Source: an uncultured Clostridia bacterium (GTDB lineage Bacteria; Bacillota; Clostridia; TANB77; CAG-508). Taken from it: a stretch of DNA of 64,000 bases. A model generated the notes under the pieces. The model ran no database searches. It was given only the letters and a program-made list of their open reading frames with translations, and was not told where the DNA came from. A program made the translations under genes and the position numbers. The stretch lies in the NCBI GenBank assembly GCA_944387535.1, contig CALXFI010000002.1, forward strand, positions 6,212-70,211, given 5' to 3'. Shown here piece by piece: positions 49,259 to 59,476 of the stretch; the stretch's first letter is position 1, and each line of letters starts with the position of its first letter.

Positions 49259-50050
49259 CTAAATATCTACATCTTTTGCTCTAAATACTGGCCCACCTTT
49301 ACATACGTGCCAATATTCAGGATTATCATTGCTACTTCTTGATGTTTTTACAGCACAGCCCAAACATACTCCTATTCCACATCCCATTCTTTCTTCCAAA
49401 GATATTTGACATGGGATATCTTTTTCTATTGCCAATTTCTTTACTGCTCTTAGCATTGGAAGCGGTCCACAAGCATATATGCAGTCTATTTTTTCTTCTT
49501 CTAAATCTTTTTCTAATTCGCTAATTGCAAAACCTTTTATTCCATAAGTTCCATCATCTGTTGTAAGTACTAATTTATTTGATACATTTTTAAATTCTTG
49601 TTCTAGAACAACATAATCTTTACTTCTAAATCCTAAATATATATTTACTTCTTTTCCCTCTTCTTTTGCTTCTTTGGATAATTCATATAAAGGAAATACT
49701 CCTATTCCCCCTCCTACTACAGCAATTTTGTCATAACTACTAAACTTAAATGTTCCCATCCCTAATGGTCCTATTATATCTATTAAATCCCCTTCTTCTT
49801 TTTTAGAAAGTAATTTTGTTCCTTCTCCTTTTATTTGAAAAATAAATTTCAATGTTCCTTTATCTTTATTTAAGTTGTAAATACTAATAGGTCTTCTTAA
49901 AAATGGTACTGTAGTTTCAGTAACTCTTATCTCAATAAAGTTACCTGGTTTTGCACTTTCTACTATTTTCTTTGCTTCTACTTTAAACCTTACAATATCT
50001 GGTTTTAAATATTCCTTCTCTACTAATTTCGCTTTAACTACTTCTGGCAT
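49259..50050 (-). CDS. pyrK: dihydroorotate dehydrogenase electron-transfer subunit
   Basis: FAD/NAD ferredoxin-reductase fold (RRPISI) and a C-terminal 2Fe-2S CGIGVCLGC cluster. Confidence 0.9.
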   Translation of the reverse strand: MPEVVKAKLVEKEYLKPDIVRFKVEAKKIVESAKPGNFIEIRVTETTVPFLRRPISIYNLNKDKGTLKFIFQIKGEGTKLLSKKEEGDLIDIIGPLGMGTFKFSSYDKIAVVGGGIGVFPLYELSKEAKEEGKEVNIYLGFRSKDYVVLEQEFKNVSNKLVLTTDDGTYGIKGFAISELEKDLEEEKIDCIYACGPLPMLRAVKKLAIEKDIPCQISLEERMGCGIGVCLGCAVKTSRSSNDNPEYWHVCKGGPVFRAKDVDI

Positions 50051-50061
50051 TTTGCTCCTCC

Positions 50062-50982
50062 TTAATTAAAAAAATTTAATTCTTTATTCATTCTTAAAGC
50101 TTCTTCTCTTGTTGCTAAGCCATATTCTTCTTCTTTATGATTTTTCTTCCAATCTTCTTGTTTGTATGCACACATTAAACTTCTAGAAGCGTTTACAATT
50201 CCACCTAAACCTTGTTTATCAAAACCTAATTTTATATCTTCTGCTTTTCCTCCTTGTGCTCCATAACCAGGTATTAGGAAAAATGTATGCATAGCTAAGC
50301 TTCTTAATTCTTGTAATTGTTTTGGATATGTTGCACCTACTACAGCAGCTATACTACTGTAACCGAACTTTCCTCTTAAGTCTTGTCCCCATTTTTCTAT
50401 TAAAGAAATTACTTTTTTATATACCTCTTCCCCATTTTCTAATTTCTTATCTTGTAACTCTCCTGATGATGGATTAGATGTTTTTGCTAATATAAAAATT
50501 CCTTTATCATATTTTTTGCAATCTTCTACAAATGGTTCTATACAATCTGTTCCCATATAAGGGTTTACTGTCATAAAATCCACATCAAAAATACTTTCTT
50601 CTTTTTCCCCAATTTTAGTTCTTCCCAAATATGCATTAGAATATCCTTTAGCAGTTGAGCCAATATCTCCTCTTTTATTATCTGCAATTACTATCATACC
50701 TTTTTCTTTTGCATATTTACAAGTATCTAAAAATGTTTGCATACCTGGAATTCCAAACATCTCGTAAAATGCCATCTGTGGTTTTATTGCAGGAATTATA
50801 TCATATACACTATCTATTAATGATTTATTATACTCTAAAATAGCCTTAGACGCTCCTTCTAAATCCATAGTATATTTATTTCTTACACATTTTGGCAAAA
50901 GTTCATATCTTGGGTCTAAGCCCATGACAACTGGACTTTTTAATTTAATTATTTTTTCTATTAACCTATCCATTGCATTCAT
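50062..50982 (-). CDS. pyrF: orotidine-5'-phosphate decarboxylase (long, type 2)
   Basis: VMGLDP, DNKRGDIGST and PGYGAQGG motifs. Confidence 0.85.
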   Translation of the reverse strand: MNAMDRLIEKIIKLKSPVVMGLDPRYELLPKCVRNKYTMDLEGASKAILEYNKSLIDSVYDIIPAIKPQMAFYEMFGIPGMQTFLDTCKYAKEKGMIVIADNKRGDIGSTAKGYSNAYLGRTKIGEKEESIFDVDFMTVNPYMGTDCIEPFVEDCKKYDKGIFILAKTSNPSSGELQDKKLENGEEVYKKVISLIEKWGQDLRGKFGYSSIAAVVGATYPKQLQELRSLAMHTFFLIPGYGAQGGKAEDIKLGFDKQGLGGIVNASRSLMCAYKQEDWKKNHKEEEYGLATREEALRMNKELNFFN

Positions 50983-51116
50983 ATATTTTTTCTCCTATCT
51001 CTTCTTTTGTTTTCATCTTATCATTTTAATATTTCTTTTTCAATAGTTTATTTTTTTATTTGACAATTTCTATTTTTTTGTTACAATTGTTTTAGATTAA
51101 TTAAGGAGGAATTTTT

Positions 51117-51980
51117 ATGTCTAATATTATTTCATATTTATTTGAAACAAATGCAATAAAATTTTGTGAAGAAAACAAACCGTTTTGGTATACTTCAGGA
51201 AAAATCGGACCATATTTTATAAATACTCATTTCATCTATGGAAGTGAAAAAGATGCTGTATCTCTTTTAGGCTTTATAGATGATTCTTTATTTGATAAAA
51301 TGACTTTACCAAAGAAAGTTTTTGAAAAGGTTTTAAAACAATATAATGAAAACAAAATTTACCAAGATGTAATAAATCATATGAAAGATTATATTGAAAA
51401 AAATATTGACATTTCAGAAGTTGATTTTATTTCTGGTGGTGAAAGACGAGATTGGTTCTTCTCTAACATTTTAGCTTATCTATTAAATAAACCTCATATT
51501 ACAATTTATAAAGATTTAAGCTCAGTTATTTCTGACTCTAAGTTTAATGAAACTACGAAAAGCTATAATATAGAAGGAAAAAAAGTTCTACATATTGCTG
51601 ATTTAATTACAGTTGCATCTAGCTATCTTCGTGCTTGGATTCCTGCAATTGAAAATTTAGGAGGAAAAATACTTTGGTCTTGTGTCGTAGTAGATAGAAT
51701 GCAAGGAGGAGAAGAAAAACTTTCTGAAAAAAGAATTAAAAGCTTATCTTTAGTAAAAGTAGATAAAGATTTATTTAAAAAAGCTTTTGATATGGATATC
51801 ATTAACGATAAACAATTAGACATGTTAAATAAGTTTTTTGATAATCCAGATAAAACTATGAAGGAATTTTTAATAGAACATCCTGAATTTTTAGAAACCT
51901 CATTAAATGCAGATGAAAAGACTAAAAAAAGAGCACAGCTTCTAATTGATAATGATTTATATAATTTAAAATCTAAATAA
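51117..51980 (+). CDS. divergent phosphoribosyltransferase (PyrE-like, 287 aa)
   Basis: PRTase-like loop KVLHIADLITVASS. Position is divergent from pyrF. Much longer than canonical PyrE. Confidence 0.5.
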   Translation: MSNIISYLFETNAIKFCEENKPFWYTSGKIGPYFINTHFIYGSEKDAVSLLGFIDDSLFDKMTLPKKVFEKVLKQYNENKIYQDVINHMKDYIEKNIDISEVDFISGGERRDWFFSNILAYLLNKPHITIYKDLSSVISDSKFNETTKSYNIEGKKVLHIADLITVASSYLRAWIPAIENLGGKILWSCVVVDRMQGGEEKLSEKRIKSLSLVKVDKDLFKKAFDMDIINDKQLDMLNKFFDNPDKTMKEFLIEHPEFLETSLNADEKTKKRAQLLIDNDLYNLKSK

Positions 51981-52002
51981 AGTAATCGCTAGGAGAAATA
52001 AA

Positions 52003-52632
52003 ATGAAATATTATTTATTAAGCGGAATGGATAAAAATAATAATTATAATTTTTATAATTCTATTGCAAAAAGATTTAAGAAGGAATTAAGTGATTTTGA
52101 TACAATAGTATATATTCCTACCTATCCAGATAACAAAGAAAAATGTATTGAACTATCAAAATCCAAAATATTTAAAAATATAGAAATTAATTTTAAAAAA
52201 AGTATTGTTTTAAATTATTCCTATAATCTTGATGATGTTAAAAAAATATTAGATAAAAATAACTTAATATTTTTATATGGAGGAAATCCATATACTCAAA
52301 TGGAATTTATAGAAAAATATAAAATTAGAGATTTAATAAAAAATAAGACTATTATTAGTTTGAGTGCTGGAAGTATAAATATGTGTAAAAATGCAATATG
52401 CACTAAAGATGAGGATTTTGATGAAAGTACTATGTATGATGGTATGGGACTAGTTAACTTTAGTATAGAACCACATTTTAATATAAATAATAAGGAAGTT
52501 TTAGATGATTTAAAAGAGTTTTCAAAATATACTGATATATATGCTTTAAAAGATAATGCTTATATTATAATTGAAGAGAAAAAAGTAAGTTTTTATCGGA
52601 GAAATTTATTTAATAAAAAATGGTGGAATTAA
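52003..52632 (+). CDS. S51 peptidase / type 1 glutamine-amidotransferase-like protein
   Basis: LYGGNPY and SLSAGSINMC (nucleophile Ser) motifs. A +1 alternative C-terminus would extend it to 52651 (see findings). Confidence 0.7.
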   Translation: MKYYLLSGMDKNNNYNFYNSIAKRFKKELSDFDTIVYIPTYPDNKEKCIELSKSKIFKNIEINFKKSIVLNYSYNLDDVKKILDKNNLIFLYGGNPYTQMEFIEKYKIRDLIKNKTIISLSAGSINMCKNAICTKDEDFDESTMYDGMGLVNFSIEPHFNINNKEVLDDLKEFSKYTDIYALKDNAYIIIEEKKVSFYRRNLFNKKWWN

Positions 52633-52649
52633 AAAGATAAAAAATGATT

Positions 52650-52680
52650 AAAAGTGGTATTTTTTACCACTTTTAATTTT
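52650..52680 (+). terminator. intrinsic terminator
   Basis: AAAAGTGGTA / TACCACTTTT stem and a T-rich tail. Confidence 0.7.
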
Positions 52681-52708
52681 CACTTATTTTCTTATTATCA
52701 ATAGATGT

Positions 52709-52758
52709 GTCCCAAACGCGAATTTTTTTGCGCAAAGGAAACGTCCCCAACGCGAATT
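52709..52758. repeat. two 16-nt G+C-rich direct repeats GTCCC(A/C)AACGCGAATT
   Basis: 52709..52724 and 52743..52758, 15/16 identical. The second overlaps the uvrB stop codon. Confidence 0.75.
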
Positions 52759-54718
52759 AGTTTTCTAATATTTTTTCTAATTCTCTTATCTTATCACGTA
52801 ATTCTGCTGCTTTTTCAAATTCCATTTCAGCTGCATATTTAAGCATCTCATCTGTAAGTTTATTAATTGTTTCTTTAATGTCATCTTCTTTTTCAAGTTT
52901 ATATTCTACTTCTATATCTTTTGCATCTACAATAGAAATTGAGTCTCTTACTGACTTACTTATTGTTTTTGGTGTTATATGATGTTTTTCATTGTATTCT
53001 TGTTGTATTTTTCTTCTTCTATTTGTTTCTGATATTGCTTTTTCCATACTATCTGTTAGTTCGTCTGCATACATTATAACTGTTCCATCTGTATTTCTTG
53101 CAGCACGTCCTATTGTTTGTATTAAAGATCTTTCTGAACGTAAGAAACCTTCTTTATCTGCATCTAATATTGCAACTAAAGATACTTCTGGTATATCTAG
53201 ACCTTCTCTTAAAAGGTTTATTCCGACTAACACATCAAATTCACCAAGTCTTAAGTTACGTATTATTTCCATTCTTTCTAATGCTTTTGTATCAGAATGC
53301 ATATAATTTACTTTTATATCTAAACCTTTTAAATATTCTGTTAAGTCTTCTGCCATTTTCTTTGTTAATGTTGTTACTAATACTCTTTCCTTTTTTGCTA
53401 CTCTTTCTCTAATTTGTTCTAATAAATCATCTATTTGATTTGTTACTGGTTTTACTTCTATTTTAGGGTCTAATAATCCTGTTGGTCTTATAATTTGTTC
53501 TACTACATTATCTTTACTATGTTCTTTTTCGTATTCTGCTGGTGTTGCACTTACAAATATTACTTGGTTTATTCTTTCTTCGAATTCTTTAAATGTAAGT
53601 GGTCTATTATCAAATGCTGATGGTAATCTAAATCCATACTTTACTAATGATTCTTTTCTTGCTCTATCTCCATTATACATTGCTTTTACTTGTGGTATTG
53701 TTGCATGTGATTCATCTATTAATAGTAAGAAATCTTTTGGAAAATAGTCAAATAGAGTATATGGAGGACTTCCTGCTGGTCTTCCACTTATGTGTCTTGA
53801 ATAATTTTCTATTCCTGAACAAAAACCTGTTTCTTTCATCATTTCTATATCAAAGTTTGTTCTTTCTTCTATCCTCTGAGCTTCTATCAGTTTATTTTGT
53901 GATTTAAAGTATTTTACCCTTTCTTCCATCTCTTGTTCTATTGTTACAATTGCTCTATCCATCTTTTCTTTTGTTGTAACATAGTGTGATGCTGGAGATA
54001 TTAGTATATGACGTCTTGTTCCTAAAGGCTTGCCAGTTAAAGCATTTATTTCTACTATTCTATCTATTTCATCTCCCCAAAATTCTACTCTTACCGCTTC
54101 TTCTGACTGGTCTGATGGATATATTTCTACTATATCACCTTTTGCTCTAAATGTTCCTCTTTTAAAGTCTATTTCATTTCTTGTATATTGCATACTAACC
54201 AATTTCTTTAACACTTCATCTCTTGATTTTTTCATACCAGGTCTTAAAGATAGCATCATTTCTTGGTAGTCCACAGGGTCTCCTAAACCATATATACAAG
54301 AAACAGAAGCAACTATTATTACATCTCTTGTTTCAAACAAAGACAATGTTGCTGAGTGTCTTAATTTATCTATTTCATCATTTACAGAAGAGTCTTTTTC
54401 AATATATGTGTCTGTTGAAGGTATATAACTTTCTGGTTGATAATAATCATAATAAGAAACAAAATACTCAACATTGTTTTCAGGGAAAAACTCTTTGAAT
54501 TCACTATATAATTGCCCTGCTAGTGTCTTATTATGTGCTAAAACAAGTGTTGGTTTCTGTACTTTTTGAATTATATTTGCCATTGTGAATGTTTTACCAG
54601 AGCCTGTAACTCCTAGTAATGTCTGGTATTTCTTACCTTCTAAAACTCCTTTACTCAAATATTCAATTGCTTGTGGCTGGTCACCTGTTGGTTTATATTC
54701 TGAATGTAATTTAAACAT
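52757..54718 (-). CDS. uvrB: excinuclease ABC subunit B
   Basis: [10 protein letters not shown] Walker A, helicase motifs, and a C-terminal UVR domain ([15 protein letters not shown]). Confidence 0.95.
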   Translation of the reverse strand: MFKLHSEYKPTGDQPQAIEYLSKGVLEGKKYQTLLGVTGSGKTFTMANIIQKVQKPTLVLAHNKTLAGQLYSEFKEFFPENNVEYFVSYYDYYQPESYIPSTDTYIEKDSSVNDEIDKLRHSATLSLFETRDVIIVASVSCIYGLGDPVDYQEMMLSLRPGMKKSRDEVLKKLVSMQYTRNEIDFKRGTFRAKGDIVEIYPSDQSEEAVRVEFWGDEIDRIVEINALTGKPLGTRRHILISPASHYVTTKEKMDRAIVTIEQEMEERVKYFKSQNKLIEAQRIEERTNFDIEMMKETGFCSGIENYSRHISGRPAGSPPYTLFDYFPKDFLLLIDESHATIPQVKAMYNGDRARKESLVKYGFRLPSAFDNRPLTFKEFEERINQVIFVSATPAEYEKEHSKDNVVEQIIRPTGLLDPKIEVKPVTNQIDDLLEQIRERVAKKERVLVTTLTKKMAEDLTEYLKGLDIKVNYMHSDTKALERMEIIRNLRLGEFDVLVGINLLREGLDIPEVSLVAILDADKEGFLRSERSLIQTIGRAARNTDGTVIMYADELTDSMEKAISETNRRRKIQQEYNEKHHITPKTISKSVRDSISIVDAKDIEVEYKLEKEDDIKETINKLTDEMLKYAAEMEFEKAAELRDKIRELEKILEN

Positions 54719-54863
54719 ATTTATTTTATGCTCCTTTTAAATTAAATAATCTAACATATTATTTATATCATATTTTTACCATAAATACAATAAATAACAC
54801 AACATATATCATCTCACATAAAATTCCATAATCATGTTTCGGAATTTGAAAACAACTTGTCTT

Positions 54864-55871
54864 TTATTGCTTTAATGTTTTTATATCTTCTCCTAATATT
54901 CTTAAATAATCTTTTTCTGCTGTAGTTAAATGATTTTTCATATATTTATCATATTCTTTATGCGCTTGTTCTAAAGCTTGTTTATGTGATACTTTACCTT
55001 TGTGATTTAATATATCTTTTCTTGTCATCTTTAAGAAACTATCAAGTTCATTTGTCCAGTCTTCCATTGTCATTGCATGCATACTTAAAGCATTAATTTC
55101 TGCAATATCTAAATAAGCTGATACCATTCTATTTAATATTTCTAATTCTTCTTTAGTTAAATAATTTTTTGCAATTTCTGTTTCTGCTCTTGTGGGTATA
55201 TCACCTTTAAAATTTGTTAAACCTATATTTTCTTTATTACTATCTACTCTGTCATAGATAACCTCAGCTGCTGTATTTCCGTGAACTGCATAATGCATTT
55301 TGTTTTGAACAGTTTTAAAGAATTTTTTAGTTAAATCACTATTTGCATCATAGTCTACACTTGTTGCATAAATATCTAATATCTTTCTCCAAAATACCTT
55401 TTCTGAAGAACGTATATCTCTAATCTTTTCTAGTAATTCTTCAAAATATACTCCTCCACCATTATTTTTCATTCTACCAGTATCTAAGTTATATCCTTTT
55501 ATTAAATATTCTTTAATTAATTTATTTGCCCATATTCTAAACTGTGTACCACGAATAGATCTTACACGATAACCAACTGAAATAATTACATCTAAATTAT
55601 AATATTGAACTTTTCTTTTAACCTCTCTATTTCCTTCGGTTTGAACTGTCAAAGATTCCTTGACAGTTGAATCTTTATCAAGCTCTCCTTCATCAAATAT
55701 GTTTTGTATATGATTACTTATATTCTGTTTTGTTGTATCAAATAGTTTTGCCATAGCATTTTGTGTAAGCCATACATTTTCGTCTTGCAATGTTACTTCT
55801 ATTTTTACTTGCCCATCATCTGTTGTATAGAAAATAATATTACTATTTGGATTTAAAACCTTATTATCCAA
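54864..55871 (-). CDS. rhuM: RhuM-family protein
   Basis: N-terminal YTTDDGQVKIEV...WLTQNAMAKLFDTTKQNISNHIQNIFDEGEL is typical of RhuM. Confidence 0.8.
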   Translation of the reverse strand: MDNKVLNPNSNIIFYTTDDGQVKIEVTLQDENVWLTQNAMAKLFDTTKQNISNHIQNIFDEGELDKDSTVKESLTVQTEGNREVKRKVQYYNLDVIISVGYRVRSIRGTQFRIWANKLIKEYLIKGYNLDTGRMKNNGGGVYFEELLEKIRDIRSSEKVFWRKILDIYATSVDYDANSDLTKKFFKTVQNKMHYAVHGNTAAEVIYDRVDSNKENIGLTNFKGDIPTRAETEIAKNYLTKEELEILNRMVSAYLDIAEINALSMHAMTMEDWTNELDSFLKMTRKDILNHKGKVSHKQALEQAHKEYDKYMKNHLTTAEKDYLRILGEDIKTLKQ

Positions 55872-55892
55872 TATTCCACCTTCTTTTTCTAT

Positions 55893-56402
55893 TTAATTCA
55901 AATATTTTTCTAAATCTAAATTCATATATTTATTACTCTTATTTTCAATACTATCTAATAATAAATCTTTTGTTCTATTTGCTAAATTAAACTCCTCTTT
56001 AGAAATTTCTTTTTTATTTAAAGCATCTAATAATTCATCTTCATCTAAAACATTTATTCTTCCTTCTTTATCAATTGTAATATCTAAATACAAATCATCA
56101 TAATATGGAATATTGCTTTTTTCATCTAAACCATTTCTTAAGGTAATATCAAAGTAATATTCTATTCTTTCCTTCTTCTCATTAAAATAAACTCTCATTG
56201 TATAATTTTCTTTTTTAGGAATTAATTCTACCATATAATATCCATTATCTATTAGACATAATCCTGTTTCTAAAATAAATGGTTTTTCTACATCAATAAA
56301 TTTCTTTACAGTGAGGTAATAATCTTCTTTATCAAAGTAAAAATTTAATTCATATTTATTAACATCTTTTAAATATGTTTTACTAATTAATTTTCTATTC
56401 AT
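55893..56402 (-). CDS. DUF402 (nucleoside tri/diphosphatase-like) domain protein
   Basis: YYFDITL...YYDDLYLDITIDKEGRINVLDEDELLDAL pattern. Confidence 0.6.
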   Translation of the reverse strand: MNRKLISKTYLKDVNKYELNFYFDKEDYYLTVKKFIDVEKPFILETGLCLIDNGYYMVELIPKKENYTMRVYFNEKKERIEYYFDITLRNGLDEKSNIPYYDDLYLDITIDKEGRINVLDEDELLDALNKKEISKEEFNLANRTKDLLLDSIENKSNKYMNLDLEKYLN

Positions 56403-56525
56403 TAATTTTTATTCTCCATTTTTATTTTATTATATAATAAAATTCTATATAGTAGTATATCACATTTTAGAGTATATAACAACATTTATCAAAGCTTTAA
56501 TATTTTGTTTTTTAATTTTTCTTTT

Positions 56526-56555
56526 AAAAAAGAAGCTGTTAATTACTTAACAGCT
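56526..56555 (-). terminator. intrinsic terminator after nrdG
   Basis: AGCTGTTAA / TTAACAGCT stem with a 4-nt loop and a T run on the minus strand. Confidence 0.7.
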
Positions 56556-56565
56556 CCTTCTTATG

Positions 56566-57057
56566 CTATACCATCAAAACAGTTTTATTTTCTTTTAATG
56601 ATTTTTTAATATCTATTACCCTTTGGTTTGATGAGCCTCTCCATTTAAGTGTTGGGTCGTGTAACTCATCTACATATTGTCCATCTACTAATACATCTAT
56701 ATATTTTAAGACCTCTTTATCTTTTAAATCTTTTTCAAAATTAAATCCAGACCATACCCATATATTTTTACTTGGATATTTTTCTTTAAATGCTTTTGCA
56801 AGTTTAGTAGTTCCTTCTATATTTGTAGGATGCATTGGCTCTCCACCTAAGATTGATAAACCTTTTATATAATCTTTATCACATAATTCTAATACACCTT
56901 TTATAGTATCATCTGTAAATTCTTTACCGCCTTTAAAATCCCAAGTTTCAGGATTAAAACAATTCTTACAATGGAAGCTGCATCCTTGCATAAATACAGA
57001 TACTCTTACTCCTGGTCCATTTGATATATCCATTTTTCTAACTAAATTATATCTCAT
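56566..57057 (-). CDS. nrdG: anaerobic ribonucleotide reductase activating protein
   Basis: Radical-SAM Cys cluster GCSFHCKNCFNP. 4-nt overlap with nrdD. Confidence 0.9.
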   Translation of the reverse strand: MRYNLVRKMDISNGPGVRVSVFMQGCSFHCKNCFNPETWDFKGGKEFTDDTIKGVLELCDKDYIKGLSILGGEPMHPTNIEGTTKLAKAFKEKYPSKNIWVWSGFNFEKDLKDKEVLKYIDVLVDGQYVDELHDPTLKWRGSSNQRVIDIKKSLKENKTVLMV

Positions 57058-59219
57058 ACTCTCTCTGCCACCTTATTATCTAAGTGTAAAACTCTTTCTT
57101 TTATTTCTTGTGTTCTTCCTTTATTCCAGAAATTAGTTCCAATATAACCACAAGTACGTCTTGCAACATTTAATGTATTATGGTCTCTATTACCACAGTT
57201 TGGACAATACCATTCTAAGTCTTCATCAATTAAGATTTCTCCTGTATAACCACATTTTTGGCAATAATCAGATTTTGTATTTAGTTCTGCATACATAATA
57301 TTATCATAAATAAATTGCATTACTTCAAGTATTGAGTCTAGATTATTTTGTAAGTTTGGAGTTTCAATATATGAAATTGCTCCTCCTGGGCTTAATCTTT
57401 GGAATTCACTTTCTAATTGTAGCTTAGAAAATGCATCAATTTCCTCAAATACAGGTACATGATAAGAATTAGTAATATAATTTCTATCTGTTATTCCTTT
57501 TATTGTTCCAAATCTCTTCTTTAAACATTTTGCAAATTTATATGTTGTTGATTCTATTGGTGAACCATAAACAGAATAATCAATATCTTCTTCAGTTTTC
57601 CATTTGTTTGTCGCATCAACTAAGTGTTGCATTACTGCTAATCCAAATTCTTTACCTTTTCCATTATCAGTATGTGAATGTCCTGTCATAAATTTTACAC
57701 ATTCATATAAACCTGCATATCCAAGTGAAATAGTTGAATATCCATGATGTAATAATTCATGAATTGACTCACCTTTTCCAAGTCTTGCTAAAGCTCCATG
57801 TTGCCAAAGAATAGGTGCTACATCACTTGTTACTCCAGCTAGACGTTTATGTCTTATTTGCAAAGCTCTATGGCATAACTCTAATCTTCTATCAAATATC
57901 TTCCAGAATTCATCCATATCTCCATCTGATGATAAAGCAATATCTGGTAAGTTTATAGTAACAACACCTTGGTTAAATCTTCCATAATATTTTGGTTTAT
58001 TAGTTTTTGGATCAACATAAGGTGTTAAGAATGAACGACATCCCATACAAGGGTAACAATTTCCATTACCGTTTTTATCTATTTTATATTCTAACATTTT
58101 CTTTTCAGAAATATAATCTGGTACCATTCTCTTTGCTGTACATTCAGCAGCAAGCTTTGTTAAATACCAATATTTACTACCTTCACGAACATTGTCTTCT
58201 TCAAGAACATATAGTAATTTTGGAAATGCTGGGGTTATATATACACCTTTTTCATTTTTAAATCCTAATATTCTTTGATTTAAGAATTCTTCAATTAACA
58301 TTGCAAGCTCATCTTTATATTCATCTGTTTCACCTAAATACATGAATACTGATAAAAATGGTGCTTGTCCATTTGTATTTGTCATTGAATTTACTTGATA
58401 ATTAAATGTCTGTACTCCATCTTCAATTTCTTTTTTAGTGTCTTGTTTAGCATATTTTTCACAATCTTCTTTAGACATATGTCTATCTTGATATTTTTTA
58501 TAATATTTTTCATAACTACTTCTTACAAATGGTGCTAAATGCGTAAGTGATATTGTTGCTCCTCCATAACTAGATGATGTAACTGCTAATATAATTTGTG
58601 TTGCAATTGTTGCTGCTGTAATAAATCTATGTGGTTTTTCTATCATTACTCCATTTATAATTGTACCATTTTGAAGCATATCCTCTAAGTTAATTAATTC
58701 ACAATTGTGCAAAGCGTTTTGTGCAAAATAATCAGCATCATGGAAATGTATAATTCCTTCATCATGTGCTTTTACTATATCCTCTGGTAACAAAAATCTT
58801 CTTGTAATATCTGTGCTTGTTATTCCTGCTAAATAATCTCTTTGTGTTGTTACTACTTCTGCATTTTTATTAGAATTTTCATTATTCCAATACTCATTTT
58901 CACCTTCAATTAACTCTTTAATTGTTTGGTCTGTTGTATTTGCTTTTCTTACTAATTCCCTTTTATATCTATATGTAATATATTTTTTAGCCAATTTATA
59001 TTTATCAAATTCCATTAATTTTTGTTCTATAATATCTTGAATATCTTCAACTAATATCCTTTTTTTGTTCAGTCCTTCTATGTATTTAACAATTTCTTCA
59101 ATTTGTTCTTTTGAAACTTTTTCTCTTCCTTTCACTTCTTCATTTGCTTTTGTTATTGCAGCTTTTATTTTTTGTCTATCAAAATCTACAATACTGTCAT
59201 CTCTTTTTACTACTTTCAT
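57054..59219 (-). CDS. nrdD: anaerobic ribonucleoside-triphosphate reductase
   Basis: N-terminal ATP-cone, Zn ribbon CQKCGY...CPNCG, and glycyl-radical RRTCGYIG. Confidence 0.95.
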   Translation of the reverse strand: MKVVKRDDSIVDFDRQKIKAAITKANEEVKGREKVSKEQIEEIVKYIEGLNKKRILVEDIQDIIEQKLMEFDKYKLAKKYITYRYKRELVRKANTTDQTIKELIEGENEYWNNENSNKNAEVVTTQRDYLAGITSTDITRRFLLPEDIVKAHDEGIIHFHDADYFAQNALHNCELINLEDMLQNGTIINGVMIEKPHRFITAATIATQIILAVTSSSYGGATISLTHLAPFVRSSYEKYYKKYQDRHMSKEDCEKYAKQDTKKEIEDGVQTFNYQVNSMTNTNGQAPFLSVFMYLGETDEYKDELAMLIEEFLNQRILGFKNEKGVYITPAFPKLLYVLEEDNVREGSKYWYLTKLAAECTAKRMVPDYISEKKMLEYKIDKNGNGNCYPCMGCRSFLTPYVDPKTNKPKYYGRFNQGVVTINLPDIALSSDGDMDEFWKIFDRRLELCHRALQIRHKRLAGVTSDVAPILWQHGALARLGKGESIHELLHHGYSTISLGYAGLYECVKFMTGHSHTDNGKGKEFGLAVMQHLVDATNKWKTEEDIDYSVYGSPIESTTYKFAKCLKKRFGTIKGITDRNYITNSYHVPVFEEIDAFSKLQLESEFQRLSPGGAISYIETPNLQNNLDSILEVMQFIYDNIMYAELNTKSDYCQKCGYTGEILIDEDLEWYCPNCGNRDHNTLNVARRTCGYIGTNFWNKGRTQEIKERVLHLDNKVAERV

Positions 59220-59285
59220 TTCTTTTGTTACCCCCTCGTAAATTATTTATGGCATTATAATACAGATAATTTTTATAACATACAA

Positions 59286-59299
59286 GTTGCAATTGCAAC
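59286..59299. promoter_or_regulatory. perfect 14-bp palindrome GTTGCAATTGCAAC upstream of nrdDG
   Basis: Read directly. Flanked by ATACAA...TTGTAT outer arms. About 70 nt upstream of the nrdD start. Confidence 0.4.
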
Positions 59300-59476
59300 A
59301 TTTTTGTATTTTTTATTTCATATTTTTTGTTTTATCTTTATTCTTCATATCCTTACTCTAGCAATAGATACATCCGTTTTACAAATTAAATATATTCGTA
59401 TTTTATTATGTAAAAAGAGCTTTGTAATATGCTTTAAATTCTATGTTTTTAACATAGCAAAAAAGTACATATTTTT

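Noticed and set aside
54719-54863. LexA/DinR SOS box upstream of uvrB.
   Set aside because: Only a weak half-match is present (CGAAACATGATTAT). There is no symmetric GAAC-N4-GTTC.
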